Source: an uncultured Gammaproteobacteria bacterium
Lineage (GTDB): Bacteria; Patescibacteriota; Microgenomatia; UBA8517
Direction: 5' to 3'
DNA length: 64,000 nucleotides
NCBI GenBank assembly: GCA_964587425.1
Contig: CAZPLB010000002.1
Span: forward strand, 31,285-95,284
Positions within the stretch are counted from its first letter, which is position 1, and every line of letters begins with the position of its first letter. The notes under the pieces are model-generated. The model saw only the letters and a list, made by a program, of their open reading frames with translations, made no database searches and was not told the DNA's origin. The position numbers and the translations under genes are program-made. Positions 10,187 through 20,106 of this stretch are shown one piece after another.

Positions 10187-11964
10187 TTCAGTAATTTCTC
10201 GAATTCTCTCAAACTCAAGGTATTAATTATATCATTCCCTGTTGCCCAACCTCGTCTTGCCACACTTATTCCCCACTTCATATTATCCATATTTTCAAGA
10301 TGATGAGTATCTGTATCTATTGTCATTTTAACTTTTCTTTTGACTGCGTCATGTACCAAGCTATCTGGCAAATCAAGGCGGGCGGGGTCTCCATTAATCT
10401 CAACCCAAATATTCTTTGCAAGACAAGCATCAAATATCTTCTCCCAATCAAGATCTACTCCCTCGCGTTCATTTAATTTGCGTGCTGTAGGGTGAGCAAA
10501 TATTCTCACTTTTGGATTATCAAAAGCTTTCAAAACCCGCTTCGTCATTTCATCACGACTCAAATCAAAACTAGAGTGAATCGAAACCAATGCAAAGTCC
10601 AAAGTTTCAAGACCTTCAGTAGGAACAGGCAAGCTTCCATCAGGCAAAATATCAATCTCGAGGCTATTGAATACTTTAAATCCTCGATTGTTTTTCTCTT
10701 TTGAAGTTGAGTAATTTAATTCGTCAACAATTTCACGCTTTCTCTTTAATAGTTTCACAATTTCACTCGCATTATGTTTTCCTTTGCTTGGATTGTGTTC
10801 AGAAAAGGAAATATATTCATAGTTGAGCTCAATTGCTCTTTTCACGATATCTTTCATGGAAGCTGATCCTATGTCATGACTTGTTTCAATATCAAAGTCA
10901 GAGTGGATATGAAAATCTCCTTTTATATCTTTCAATTCAACAAGTTTTGGAAGTTTACTTTCTAAAGCCAGTTCAATCTCGCCAGTATCCTCTCTCATCT
11001 CAGGTGGAATATAATCCATCCCTAAAAACCTGTAAAACTTTTCCTCATCAGAAAATTCAATTAGTTTTCTATTTTTATTGAGATCATATATTCCATAATC
11101 AGAGACACTAAGTTGGTGCTTCAATGCATACTCTCTCAAAGCAATGTTATGGTGTTTAGAACCTGTGAAATGCTGAAGTAAACTCCCATATGCCTGAGGT
11201 TTACACACCATCAAATCAATCTGGATGTTGCCAGGAATTATAATAGAGGTGCTGCGCTCACCCTTTTCTATAACTCTAGTTGCTCTTGGAAACTTCGTAA
11301 AGTGTTCAATTGTTTTATCAGGGTTAGTGGACAATGCCGATAAATCAATATCCCCTATCGTTGTCGCCTGACGCCGTAAGCTCCCAAGCATGTCAACTCT
11401 TTTGACTCCAGCATCTTTCCTTACCCACTCAGCAACTTCACTTGCAATTTCATATGCATACGGCAGGAGATGGCGGCTCGGTGGTTTCTTTTCATAGTCT
11501 GTAAGAGATTTTGATATCTTTTCTTGGGAATCAACTCCAAACCCTTCCATCTCTGCAATTCTCCCGTCAGTTATTGCTTTCCTTAAATCTTTCAAACTTT
11601 TCAACTTAAGTTCATTCACAAGTTTACTCGCAGTTTTCACACCAATCCCAGGTATTTTCATGAGTTCAAAAACTATTGGAGGAATCGTTTTGGTTAAATC
11701 ATCAAAGTGCTTTGACTTACCAGTCTTGAAAATATCACTAAGATGCTCTGCTATTGATGGCCCAATTCCAGGTACATCATCAAGCTTCCCTTCTTCCCAG
11801 AGATCCCTGAGTTCACTTGTTGCATGTTCTACAGCGTCCGCTGCTTTCTCATATGCAACTATCTTAAATTTGTTTAGCTTTTCATTCTGAAGTTTATATG
11901 CTGCAGCTACATCACGAAGAACTTCAGCAATCTCAACATTTCCCATTGTTTTTGAAGTCTTCAT
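10183..11964 (-). CDS. polX: DNA polymerase X family protein with C-terminal PHP phosphoesterase domain
   Basis: N-terminal Pol beta-like HhH/fingers region (GIGPSIAEHL, GIGVKTASKL) and C-terminal PHP motif DFHIHSDFD. Confidence 0.8.
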   Translation of the reverse strand: MKTSKTMGNVEIAEVLRDVAAAYKLQNEKLNKFKIVAYEKAADAVEHATSELRDLWEEGKLDDVPGIGPSIAEHLSDIFKTGKSKHFDDLTKTIPPIVFELMKIPGIGVKTASKLVNELKLKSLKDLRKAITDGRIAEMEGFGVDSQEKISKSLTDYEKKPPSRHLLPYAYEIASEVAEWVRKDAGVKRVDMLGSLRRQATTIGDIDLSALSTNPDKTIEHFTKFPRATRVIEKGERSTSIIIPGNIQIDLMVCKPQAYGSLLQHFTGSKHHNIALREYALKHQLSVSDYGIYDLNKNRKLIEFSDEEKFYRFLGMDYIPPEMREDTGEIELALESKLPKLVELKDIKGDFHIHSDFDIETSHDIGSASMKDIVKRAIELNYEYISFSEHNPSKGKHNASEIVKLLKRKREIVDELNYSTSKEKNNRGFKVFNSLEIDILPDGSLPVPTEGLETLDFALVSIHSSFDLSRDEMTKRVLKAFDNPKVRIFAHPTARKLNEREGVDLDWEKIFDACLAKNIWVEINGDPARLDLPDSLVHDAVKRKVKMTIDTDTHHLENMDNMKWGISVARRGWATGNDIINTLSLREFEKLLK

Positions 11965-11986
11965 CTAAATATATTATACCCAAATC

Positions 11987-12346
11987 CTACTTCGTCCGTG
12001 CATCAATAAAATCACAAACAATCTCCCTTATTTCCTCGGGCAAACCTCTCCAGTGAATAAGCATTATAACTTGTGCCTCACTTTTAACTCTAAGGTGAGG
12101 CATTTTCAAATCAAAAACATGAAGAACTTCTTCTGGAATCGGCATGTAAATAGATTTATCGCGATCGCTAATCACAACACATCCTGACTCCCTCTTAACT
12201 TCAATTATTCCCACGTATCCACTCGGCAAAAAATATTCTGTAAAAAATTCACTATCAGTTGAAGGACCAGAGTAAGCCAAAAATGTAGCAGATTCCTTTA
12301 ACTCAAATTCCCTTGGTCCAAATTCTGGCATAGTAACAATTAACAT
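11987..12346 (-). CDS. Hypothetical protein
   Basis: ORF only; track start is TTG, ATG candidates at 12346 or 12331. Confidence 0.35.
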   Translation of the reverse strand: MLIVTMPEFGPREFELKESATFLAYSGPSTDSEFFTEYFLPSGYVGIIEVKRESGCVVISDRDKSIYMPIPEEVLHVFDLKMPHLRVKSEAQVIMLIHWRGLPEEIREIVCDFIDARTK

Positions 12347-12400
12347 ATTAAACGAACTCAATTGGAGAATCAAATGAATTTATAGTAAAATACAGGTGTT

Positions 12401-12472
12401 GGCCTCGTAGTTCATCGGCTAGAACATACCCCTGTCACGGGTAAAAGGTGGGTTCGACTCCCATCGGGGCCG
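12401..12472 (+). tRNA. tRNA-Asp (anticodon GTC)
   Basis: Manual cloverleaf: acceptor GGCCTCG/CGGGGCC, D-arm GTTC..GAAC, anticodon stem TACCC/GGGTA with loop CTGTCAC, T-arm GTGGG-TTCGACT-CCCAT, discriminator G. Confidence 0.8.
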
Positions 12473-12477
12473 CATAG

Positions 12478-12897
12478 TCAAGTTTTTCTGAGGTAAAATT
12501 CGTTTTTCTTGAAGTTAAAAACAACTTCATCAAAGTAGTCAAAAAAACCTCGTCTTCCAAGTAGACCTTCTCCACTATTAGATACTTCATCGCTAAAAAT
12601 CACGGGTGCATTAAATTCAAAAGTATGCTTATCTTGAATCACTTTTAATTTTAATCCACAAACTTTTCCCTTCATTGGAGGTGCATCTTTTACTCCACCA
12701 AACGGAATTTCTTTTAGACGATTAAGATCTATTCCCAATAAACCCGCCAGTTCGGAGTGAAACACATTCGTAAATGCACCCGAGTCAAGCATCGCAGGAT
12801 AATTAAAAGCTACTCCTGTTGCTGGGTCTTCAACTCTAACCTCTAACATCGGAATTTTATCGTCTTTAATTTGAGTAAACTTGTATTTAAATTGCAT
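12478..12897 (-). CDS. Retropepsin-like aspartic protease domain protein
   Basis: MLDSGAFTNVF active-site D(S/T)G motif in a retroviral-type protease fold context, 139 aa. Confidence 0.6.
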   Translation of the reverse strand: MQFKYKFTQIKDDKIPMLEVRVEDPATGVAFNYPAMLDSGAFTNVFHSELAGLLGIDLNRLKEIPFGGVKDAPPMKGKVCGLKLKVIQDKHTFEFNAPVIFSDEVSNSGEGLLGRRGFFDYFDEVVFNFKKNEFYLRKT

Positions 12898-13084
12898 TAC
12901 CTACATTGGGGAGATACTTCGCGGGCACTTTATACAAAGTAGGAATTTTCACACCTTTCTTCACGGCAGAAGCATAAACTTGCTTTGCTGTTTTACCACT
13001 TGAAACAACAATCCTTTTATTCGGTTCTAATGCAACCCACTCACCTCCATATTTTTTAATTAGCAAAGATAAATTCTTAAACAT
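12887..13084 (-). CDS. DUF5678-like small protein (65 aa), upstream partner of the aspartic protease
   Basis: YGGEWVAL..VVSSGKTAKQVYASAVKKGVKIPTLYKVP pattern; 11-nt overlap with the protease start indicates co-translation. Confidence 0.45.
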   Translation of the reverse strand: MFKNLSLLIKKYGGEWVALEPNKRIVVSSGKTAKQVYASAVKKGVKIPTLYKVPAKYLPNVGNAI

Positions 13085-13162
13085 ATTCAGAAAAGCATGT
13101 GTATAGAATAATTATCACACAATTCAGTCAGCAAATCCACTACTTAGGTACAAATATCACAC

Positions 13163-14281
13163 TTACTTGTAAATAATCACCCCAGCTTGATTAAAAGTTG
13201 CCCACTTGTGATCAAATTGGCTTCTAGACCAATACACTTGCCCCACAAGTGAGTCATTCACAATTATCTGTGTTGGATTACTGGCTGACCCCACAAAGCC
13301 AACAGCAACGACTGTATGCTCCCCAGCAACCGCAAAAATATCTTTCCCACCAGATGTCTTCCAGTGTGTTGGTCTGCCGCTACTGCTATATACCCAAATA
13401 ATAACTGGGTTACCAGCAGAAATTGCTTTTGTTAATTTTTCAATATTTCCCCCTTGAAACGCTTCAGCCTTCCCATAATTTCTTGCAACCCTTTCAATCG
13501 GACCCCAGTAAACACCATATCCATCCCTCATTTGATTGCCATCCACATTTCCAACAAAGTGTTCATATGGATCTCCCCAGGTTCCGTCAATGTGAGGCGT
13601 ATTATCAACTCCAACCTGAGCCATTAGATCTTCTTCTGTTTTTGAAATACCTTTATAGGCAAGCGCCATACGGAGAGATGACACCTCACAGGAAAGTGTG
13701 TGCTGCTGCAAGTATGCAGGAACAGGGAGTTTGAAAGTTTGTGGTTTGGGGGCAACTGCAGCTACTGAATTCGAAGCAGTCAAAGCTTGAGCATTCTGTG
13801 TCTTGAAGGAAAACTGAACTTCATATGGTTTACTTTTCCGAATAGTATTTTCAATACCTACAATTTTGACAGTGTAGGTAGTATTTGCCTGAAAACCATC
13901 TTGGGGATAAAAAACTACTTTTCTATACAAATGTGTTAAGTAAACTGGATCTTCAAAAACCCATGTTCCAGGAACATCAGGGGTAATGCTTTTCTCCATA
14001 CTCCTGCGGCTAACTGGCCTGTCAAACTGCAAATATATTGGATCGGTTAAATTGATTTCGTCACCTTTTAAATTGCTTTTTGAAATTTCGGGAGAAGGAA
14101 GAAGCAGTAAACCAAGAAGTATAGCTGCCACTGCTACAATTGCCAAAGCTGCCAAGATAACTGGCTTCACCTTGCGTTTTGCCAAATAAACAGCAGCGAG
14201 TAAACCCAAAAAGACAGCAGTAAATGAAACTAAATAATCTGAAGGCAGAAGCGGGGTTCCCGCAACAGGATTGGTAAACAT
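13163..14281 (-). CDS. Membrane-anchored C39-like (BtrH-like) cysteine peptidase domain protein
   Basis: N-terminal TM helices, a beta-rich middle domain, and a C-terminal region with the Cys/His pattern of C39-like peptidases (..HTLSCEVSSLRMALAY.. / ..GEHTVVAVGF..). Confidence 0.5.
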   Translation of the reverse strand: MFTNPVAGTPLLPSDYLVSFTAVFLGLLAAVYLAKRKVKPVILAALAIVAVAAILLGLLLLPSPEISKSNLKGDEINLTDPIYLQFDRPVSRRSMEKSITPDVPGTWVFEDPVYLTHLYRKVVFYPQDGFQANTTYTVKIVGIENTIRKSKPYEVQFSFKTQNAQALTASNSVAAVAPKPQTFKLPVPAYLQQHTLSCEVSSLRMALAYKGISKTEEDLMAQVGVDNTPHIDGTWGDPYEHFVGNVDGNQMRDGYGVYWGPIERVARNYGKAEAFQGGNIEKLTKAISAGNPVIIWVYSSSGRPTHWKTSGGKDIFAVAGEHTVVAVGFVGSASNPTQIIVNDSLVGQVYWSRSQFDHKWATFNQAGVIIYK

Positions 14282-14305
14282 CTAACTGCTTTTATTTAAG
14301 CAGAT

Positions 14306-15391
14306 TTAAAGGCCGTGAAGCAAGTCTTTTGCCAAAGTAAAATCGGGGTTGTAACCAAGTGCAGCCTGAGCTTCAATTCTAGCCTTCTCAATTTCACCAA
14401 GTCCTTTATATGCCACAGCCTTCTCATAGTGTATTTCACCAAACGAATCGTTATACCAAAGGGCTAGATCAGCAGTTTCAAGGGCTAATTTGTACTCTCC
14501 AAGCTTATTGTATGTTTGAACTGGCTGGATTTGATACCAAAGCATGCGGTGTGGCCAACCCAAAGCCTTTGATTTTTCAAATGCTGTACGAGCCTGAGAA
14601 TACTCACCAAGTCCAAAATAGCTAGTACCTAAGTTAAACCAGGCATACATATCATTTGGGTTAGCCTCAGTTTCTCTCAAGTTTCGAAGAACTGAATTCT
14701 GGTACATAGTAGGCTCATCCCAGTTTTCTCCAACTATCGCTTTAACGATAGCTTCCTTGTCTGCTCTATATACAGACATAAATTCTCTGTTATATGGCTT
14801 CCACTGACCCTCATCCCACATTTCATATGGATATTTGATCCCAACACCAAAATACGAGTCATCTGCAATTAATACCCCCTCAGTATCATCAAACCCACGA
14901 ATAATGAGAACATGCCCAATATCCTCATTTGGGTGAAGAAAGTCTTCAACCACAACATACACCCCATTTGAGACTAATGTCTTTAGGGTCTTTAAATCTC
15001 CATTAAAAAGCACTTTGTTTTGAATACCATAATCGTTCTTTAGATAGGCTGAAATTTCACCAATAAACACATTTTTGTCATCTGAGCTTGTTCGAAGCTT
15101 AGCCTTGGTTTCCTCCTGGCTAACATTATAGCCAAAATACTGAAGGGTCATGGCAGTAGCTGCAGGTCCACAATTGTTAAAACTCTGTGGAATCCACTTG
15201 GCAGAAGGCAATTGGTAGGCACTTGGGGCTTCCTTAAATGGCACTGGAGTAAGGCTTAAACCTAAAACCTTGCCTAGAGTAGGCTTATTTTTAGCTTCAG
15301 GAGCACTTACATTTGAGGCCAATCCACTCAAAGCTAACCCAGAAATGAGTAAAATTGAGACCAAAAGCATGTATTTCTTTGTTTTTCTCAT
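14306..15391 (-). CDS. Secreted C39-like peptidase domain protein with C-terminal TPR repeats
   Basis: Signal peptide; NCGPAATAMTLQYFG catalytic Cys region and HVLIIRGFDD His region; TPR-like repeats (AWFNLGTSYFGLGEYSQA..). Confidence 0.55.
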   Translation of the reverse strand: MRKTKKYMLLVSILLISGLALSGLASNVSAPEAKNKPTLGKVLGLSLTPVPFKEAPSAYQLPSAKWIPQSFNNCGPAATAMTLQYFGYNVSQEETKAKLRTSSDDKNVFIGEISAYLKNDYGIQNKVLFNGDLKTLKTLVSNGVYVVVEDFLHPNEDIGHVLIIRGFDDTEGVLIADDSYFGVGIKYPYEMWDEGQWKPYNREFMSVYRADKEAIVKAIVGENWDEPTMYQNSVLRNLRETEANPNDMYAWFNLGTSYFGLGEYSQARTAFEKSKALGWPHRMLWYQIQPVQTYNKLGEYKLALETADLALWYNDSFGEIHYEKAVAYKGLGEIEKARIEAQAALGYNPDFTLAKDLLHGL

Positions 15392-15432
15392 ACCTATAGT
15401 TTACCAAGAACAGTCAAGTAGAATGAATTTAT

Positions 15433-16071
15433 TTACTTGAGCTCAACCACACTGACAGTTAATGCACCATCTTTGTAGTCAAAGATGAATTTAACAGGGT
15501 TTTCTTTGCTATTGGTAATATACAAATTAGACTGTCCGCTAGCCTCAACTGCACCAGGCAAGGCATAAATACCTACCCCATATTCCTTTGGAACCTCAGG
15601 AATTACAGCAAAATCGTGATTATGAGGGGCAATAGAAGTGAGCCCAGCATCTCTGGCTGCCCAGTTTATTAGTGAGGCCAAATGGCAAACTCCATCCCCC
15701 ATTAGGTATCCATCAGACTTAAATCCGTCAGAATAGTTAAAATGGGCATTAGTTGTTTTCACAACATTTCCATCATATTTAGCCGCAATCTGGTCATGGA
15801 AGGCAAATTCCTCTCCAGGCTTGAGCTCAAATTCATATGTAAAAGGCTTTTCAACCTCATCCCAAGCTATTTCACCACGGTTTTTGACGCTCCCACGCAT
15901 ATAGCTAAGGGTCAATAAGATGTTGTCCTTGAAAACAGTGTTTACAGAAGGAACCGCATACCTAGTCTCAAGAGACATGGTACGGCTAGCTATAGGCATG
16001 ACAGGTGACCCAGGTGTTATATTCACTGGGGTAAAAGCCAAGGCCATAAGTACTAAAAGTGTAGGTAACAT
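15433..16071 (-). CDS. VanW-like domain protein
   Basis: GDGVCHLASLINWAA resembles the VanW/YoaR GGGVCQ.S..LYNAA core motif; signal/TM N-terminus. Confidence 0.45.
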   Translation of the reverse strand: MLPTLLVLMALAFTPVNITPGSPVMPIASRTMSLETRYAVPSVNTVFKDNILLTLSYMRGSVKNRGEIAWDEVEKPFTYEFELKPGEEFAFHDQIAAKYDGNVVKTTNAHFNYSDGFKSDGYLMGDGVCHLASLINWAARDAGLTSIAPHNHDFAVIPEVPKEYGVGIYALPGAVEASGQSNLYITNSKENPVKFIFDYKDGALTVSVVELK

Positions 16072-16075
16072 AAAT

Positions 16076-16102
16076 GAAAAAAGGTTCCCCTTTAGAGGAA
16101 CC
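16076..16102 (-). terminator. Terminator-like 8-bp hairpin plus U6 located 7 nt upstream of the vanW-like start codon (possible attenuator)
   Basis: Minus-strand GGTTCCTC-TAAA-GGGGAACC followed by TTTTTT then CATTT-ATG. Confidence 0.4.
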
Positions 16103-16242
16103 GATTTGAGGCTATCTTAACACATTATAGGATGAAAAGTCAAGTTTGGAGACCTATTTAGACAAGGGTAAAAATGGGCTAACTATTGACATTCCAGGCT
16201 TCATGGTTTAAATTGCACATGACTTCTGCCTGAGGGCAAAAA

Positions 16243-16800
16243 ATGGACTTACAAAAAATTTTAAAAAACTTAAAACTCCAGGAGAATAACATCAGTATGA
16301 TATTGGGTGTTGTCATCCTCATTGTTTTATCTGTATTTGTATATAACTACTTCAAAACCAACAAAAATGACGGTCAGATTACAAATGGAGCTTCAACTGA
16401 GAATTCATCAGTTATCCATAAAGTTGTGAAAGGCGACACTCTCTGGAAAATAGCCCAAAACTACTACAAATCTGGTTTTGACTGGAAAAAGATTGCAGAG
16501 GCAAATAAGATAACAAATCCAGGCAATATTGAAGTAGGACAAGAGTTAACCATCCCAGAGGTAGCTGTAGCTAAAGCTGATACAGCCACAGTAAATCTTG
16601 GACAAAGTGAAAATGAGGCAATTTCAAACGCAGAAGCTATAAAAGGAGCAACTTACAAAGTGGTTAAAGGTGATAGTCTCTGGAAAATTGCAGTTAGGGC
16701 ATATGGAGATGGATACAAATGGGTAACCATAGCTAAAGAAAACAAACTCAGAAACCCCAATATTATCCACCCAGATAACGTCATTATCTTACCTCGCTAG
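16243..16800 (+). CDS. Tandem LysM domain protein (peptidoglycan binding)
   Basis: Two LysM repeats: VVKGDTLWKIAQNYY...IEVGQELTIP and VVKGDSLWKIAVRAYGDGYKW..., N-terminal TM anchor. Confidence 0.8.
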   Translation: MDLQKILKNLKLQENNISMILGVVILIVLSVFVYNYFKTNKNDGQITNGASTENSSVIHKVVKGDTLWKIAQNYYKSGFDWKKIAEANKITNPGNIEVGQELTIPEVAVAKADTATVNLGQSENEAISNAEAIKGATYKVVKGDSLWKIAVRAYGDGYKWVTIAKENKLRNPNIIHPDNVIILPR

Positions 16801-16838
16801 TGCCATTATCCCCAAAATACGTAGTATAATACCCTTGT

Positions 16839-16912
16839 GCGGGATTAGTTCACCGGTAGAATGCGTCCTTCCCAAGGATGAGAAGAGGGTTCGATTCCCT
16901 TATCCCGCTCCA
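16839..16912 (+). tRNA. tRNA-Gly (anticodon CCC), CCA encoded
   Basis: Acceptor GCGGGAT/ATCCCGC perfect, anticodon stem CGTCC/GGATG with loop TTCCCAA, T-arm GAGGG-TTCGATT-CCCTT, discriminator T then CCA. Confidence 0.8.
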
Positions 16913-16959
16913 AACCTTTCTTCATTAACAAACAATTTGTGCTAAAATACGCACATTAG

Positions 16960-18729
16960 ATGGCAAAGACAAACATAAATTGGGACTTAGGTGATTTTTA
17001 TTTAAGGATCACTGATCCAAAAATCGAAAAGGACAAAAAGGAGATAGGACTTTTAACCTCCAAATTAGTTAAAAAGCACAAAGGCAAATTAGCAAGCAAT
17101 TTGCCAATGGCATTAAGTGATTACGAGAAAATCCTTGAAAAACTATGTATACTTCTGAATTTTTCAAGCTATCTTTTCACAACTAATACCAAAGACGACA
17201 AAATCAAAAATTTATACCAGGAGGTCAGAGAATTTAACACAAAAATAAATTCTCAAATTCTCTGGTTCGAACTCGAATGGATAAATCTTGATGACAAAAA
17301 AGCAAACTCATTAATCAAAAACCCCCTGCTTTCCTCATACAAACATTATCTGACACAATTGAGAGCATTTAGACCATTTATGAAATCTGAATCTGAGGAG
17401 CAAGTACTAAACATTAAATCCCAAACCTCAGATAGTGCCTTTATTCGCCTCTTTGATCAAATCGAATCTAGTGAAAAATTTGAAATTGAAATAAAGGGTA
17501 AAAAGAAAATCCTAAATTCATCTGAAATTGGATCAATAATGAAAAATAACCCAGACAGAAACCTCAGAAAACATGCAATGGAGGTATATTCTCAAACCTA
17601 TTCCAAAAATACCGGTCTATATACTTATATTTTAAATACACTTCTTCTTGATAAGAAACTATTGGACGAAATTAGAAAATATAATTTTCCCCAAGAAAAG
17701 ACATTTTTGAATTATGAAGTTACCAAAGATAGCGTAGAAAACATGACTGAGACTGTTGTCAAAAACAGAAAAATTGTCGAGAAATTCTACCTTGCCAAAA
17801 GAAAAACAATGAAAGTACAAAAATTATATGAATGGGATAGATACTCAAATATTTTAAATACCAAGGCAGAAAAAACTTACTCCTGGATTGAGGCAGAGAA
17901 AATAATCCTTGACACTTTTCGTGAGAATTCAGAAAAGTTCTACGAAATTGCCAAACTATTTTTTGACAATAATTGGATAGATGCAGAAGTTAAAGATGGA
18001 AAAAGATCAGGTGCATATTGCAGCTACAATGTACCCGCTCTCCACCCTATGGTCTTTGTAAATTTCTCAGGGAAAATAGAGGACATAACTACCCTAGCTC
18101 ACGAACTAGGTCATGCCATACATGCATATTTATCCAGAAATCAGAAGCTATCTGAATTCTATCCATCAACTGCGATAGCAGAAATGGCAAGTACTTTTGC
18201 AGAGTGTATTGTTTTTGAGAAACTATACAATTCTACAACCGACAAAAAACAAAAAATAAATCTATTGGGAGGCAAAATCCAAAATAATTTCGCTACCATT
18301 TTCCGCCAAAATGACTTTTACCAATTCGAATCAAAACTGCACGAGTTAAGGCGCACAAAAGGAGAAATCAGAGATATCGAAATCAGTGAACTTTACCAGA
18401 AAACCCTCCAACAAACATTCGGTAAAGGTCTAACTCTCACTAAAATGCACAAAAACCTCTGGATGCCGATAACCCATTTCTATCACTACAACTTCTACGT
18501 ATTCACGTACGTTCTTGGAGAACTTTTATCTCTTTCAGTTTTTGCACAATATAAAAAAGAAGGATCTAAATTCATGGACAAATACATTGACGCTCTATCT
18601 CTTGGTGGTTCCTTAACTCCATATGAAATAACAAAAACAATGGGTATCAATATTGAAGATAATAACTTTTGGCAAAATGGTTTAAATATTGTCAAAGATG
18701 AGGTTGAAGAATTTGAAAAAATGGTTTGA
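16960..18729 (+). CDS. pepF: Oligoendopeptidase F (M3B family)
   Basis: HELGHAIHAY zinc motif (HEXXH), length 589 aa typical of PepF. Confidence 0.8.
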   Translation: MAKTNINWDLGDFYLRITDPKIEKDKKEIGLLTSKLVKKHKGKLASNLPMALSDYEKILEKLCILLNFSSYLFTTNTKDDKIKNLYQEVREFNTKINSQILWFELEWINLDDKKANSLIKNPLLSSYKHYLTQLRAFRPFMKSESEEQVLNIKSQTSDSAFIRLFDQIESSEKFEIEIKGKKKILNSSEIGSIMKNNPDRNLRKHAMEVYSQTYSKNTGLYTYILNTLLLDKKLLDEIRKYNFPQEKTFLNYEVTKDSVENMTETVVKNRKIVEKFYLAKRKTMKVQKLYEWDRYSNILNTKAEKTYSWIEAEKIILDTFRENSEKFYEIAKLFFDNNWIDAEVKDGKRSGAYCSYNVPALHPMVFVNFSGKIEDITTLAHELGHAIHAYLSRNQKLSEFYPSTAIAEMASTFAECIVFEKLYNSTTDKKQKINLLGGKIQNNFATIFRQNDFYQFESKLHELRRTKGEIRDIEISELYQKTLQQTFGKGLTLTKMHKNLWMPITHFYHYNFYVFTYVLGELLSLSVFAQYKKEGSKFMDKYIDALSLGGSLTPYEITKTMGINIEDNNFWQNGLNIVKDEVEEFEKMV

Positions 18730-18783
18730 GTTCTCAGTCGCACAAATGCATTTTTATATAGACTCTATTGAATATTGAAATTA

Positions 18784-20106
18784 CTACTTTCCGGTGATTC
18801 GATACCAATCTTGCGTAGTCTGGAGAACATATAAAACTGGAGGAAGGTTGTCGCGTACCCACTTATTTATTACATAGTTTTCATCTCTTTCTCTTTTTTC
18901 TGTGCTAACAAAAATTATATTTTTACCAAGGTTACAAAATACACTTCCTTCTGCTGCATTACATGCCCAAATATTTCTGGTAATTTCCAAAGATTTTTGT
19001 CTAATTTGGTTTTCGGGGAATAACTTTTTCTTTTTCTGACTTTCAGCAATCTTATCTACTGCTTCCTGAAACTTACGATTCCAATCTCTGTCAAAATCTG
19101 GATCTCTAAAACTAGTCAAATTTTTCACAATCTCTGATTTAATGTTTTTATATTGAGAGTCATCCTTAGATATTTCCGAAAAAGGTATAATTGTAATTTG
19201 ATCAGATAGGGTTTTGGAATAGTTAACCAAATTTTCCACATAAAGTTTTATATTTTCAAGATTCTCCGCTGTCACTGAACCATATCTACCAGTTTCTGTG
19301 TAATCTGTATCGGCCACAAAAATAGTCAAATTTGATTTTATGCTGTTAAACTGCAATAAATTAACTAAATTTAACATTTCTTGAATTATTTTGGGTACAG
19401 GTTTAAGCTTCAATTCTGGGTTTTTGGCATATGCAAACAGATCAGAAATCGACTCATAACCTCCTTTGTTATCATATTTATTGATTAAACAAAGCATTGT
19501 TATAAGATTGACAGATTCCCCACTTATTGCTCTTACTAGGATATCTTCAAACTTAATCTTGTTTTGCCTTATATCGTCTGTTTTTCTCTGATCCAATTCA
19601 AACATTATTGTGACAAATGTAATTGCATCATCAGGATTATTAATCTTTTCCAACCCCTTAGACAGAACTTTTTCCAGCCAAGTTTTCATACGTTTTTCGT
19701 TTTCCTCTGCCAAATATTCAACAACATCCTCGTCTGTTATGTTTCTTCTTAGCTCCTCCTGTATAACTTCTTGAGTAAAGGCAAGACGGCTTTTGTTATC
19801 AGGAAATTCGTAACCTTCTTCTTCAAGAAGATCAAGTCTTTTACACACCATTTCCTCAAAATAATCACTGTAATCCATACTAGGTAAATCTCTTAACGCT
19901 CGAATTTTATATGCTAGAACTTCGTTGCTTAAATTATTAAGGGCAATTCTAGCTTGTTTTTTTCTTTTGATGGCCACTTCTATTTTAGGAAATAGTATTT
20001 CGGTTATTTTGTTTAATTCGCTCTTTGATAATTCATCTTGAAACTCTTCAAGAGTTAAATTACCAAGAGCATTATATGGAGGAGCTCTTCGCCTTGAATA
20101 TTCCAT
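18784..20106 (-). CDS. Hypothetical protein (440 aa), no recognisable family
   Basis: Long ORF with a verified ATG start and no signal peptide; no motif recognised. Confidence 0.5.
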   Translation of the reverse strand: MEYSRRRAPPYNALGNLTLEEFQDELSKSELNKITEILFPKIEVAIKRKKQARIALNNLSNEVLAYKIRALRDLPSMDYSDYFEEMVCKRLDLLEEEGYEFPDNKSRLAFTQEVIQEELRRNITDEDVVEYLAEENEKRMKTWLEKVLSKGLEKINNPDDAITFVTIMFELDQRKTDDIRQNKIKFEDILVRAISGESVNLITMLCLINKYDNKGGYESISDLFAYAKNPELKLKPVPKIIQEMLNLVNLLQFNSIKSNLTIFVADTDYTETGRYGSVTAENLENIKLYVENLVNYSKTLSDQITIIPFSEISKDDSQYKNIKSEIVKNLTSFRDPDFDRDWNRKFQEAVDKIAESQKKKKLFPENQIRQKSLEITRNIWACNAAEGSVFCNLGKNIIFVSTEKRERDENYVINKWVRDNLPPVLYVLQTTQDWYRITGK

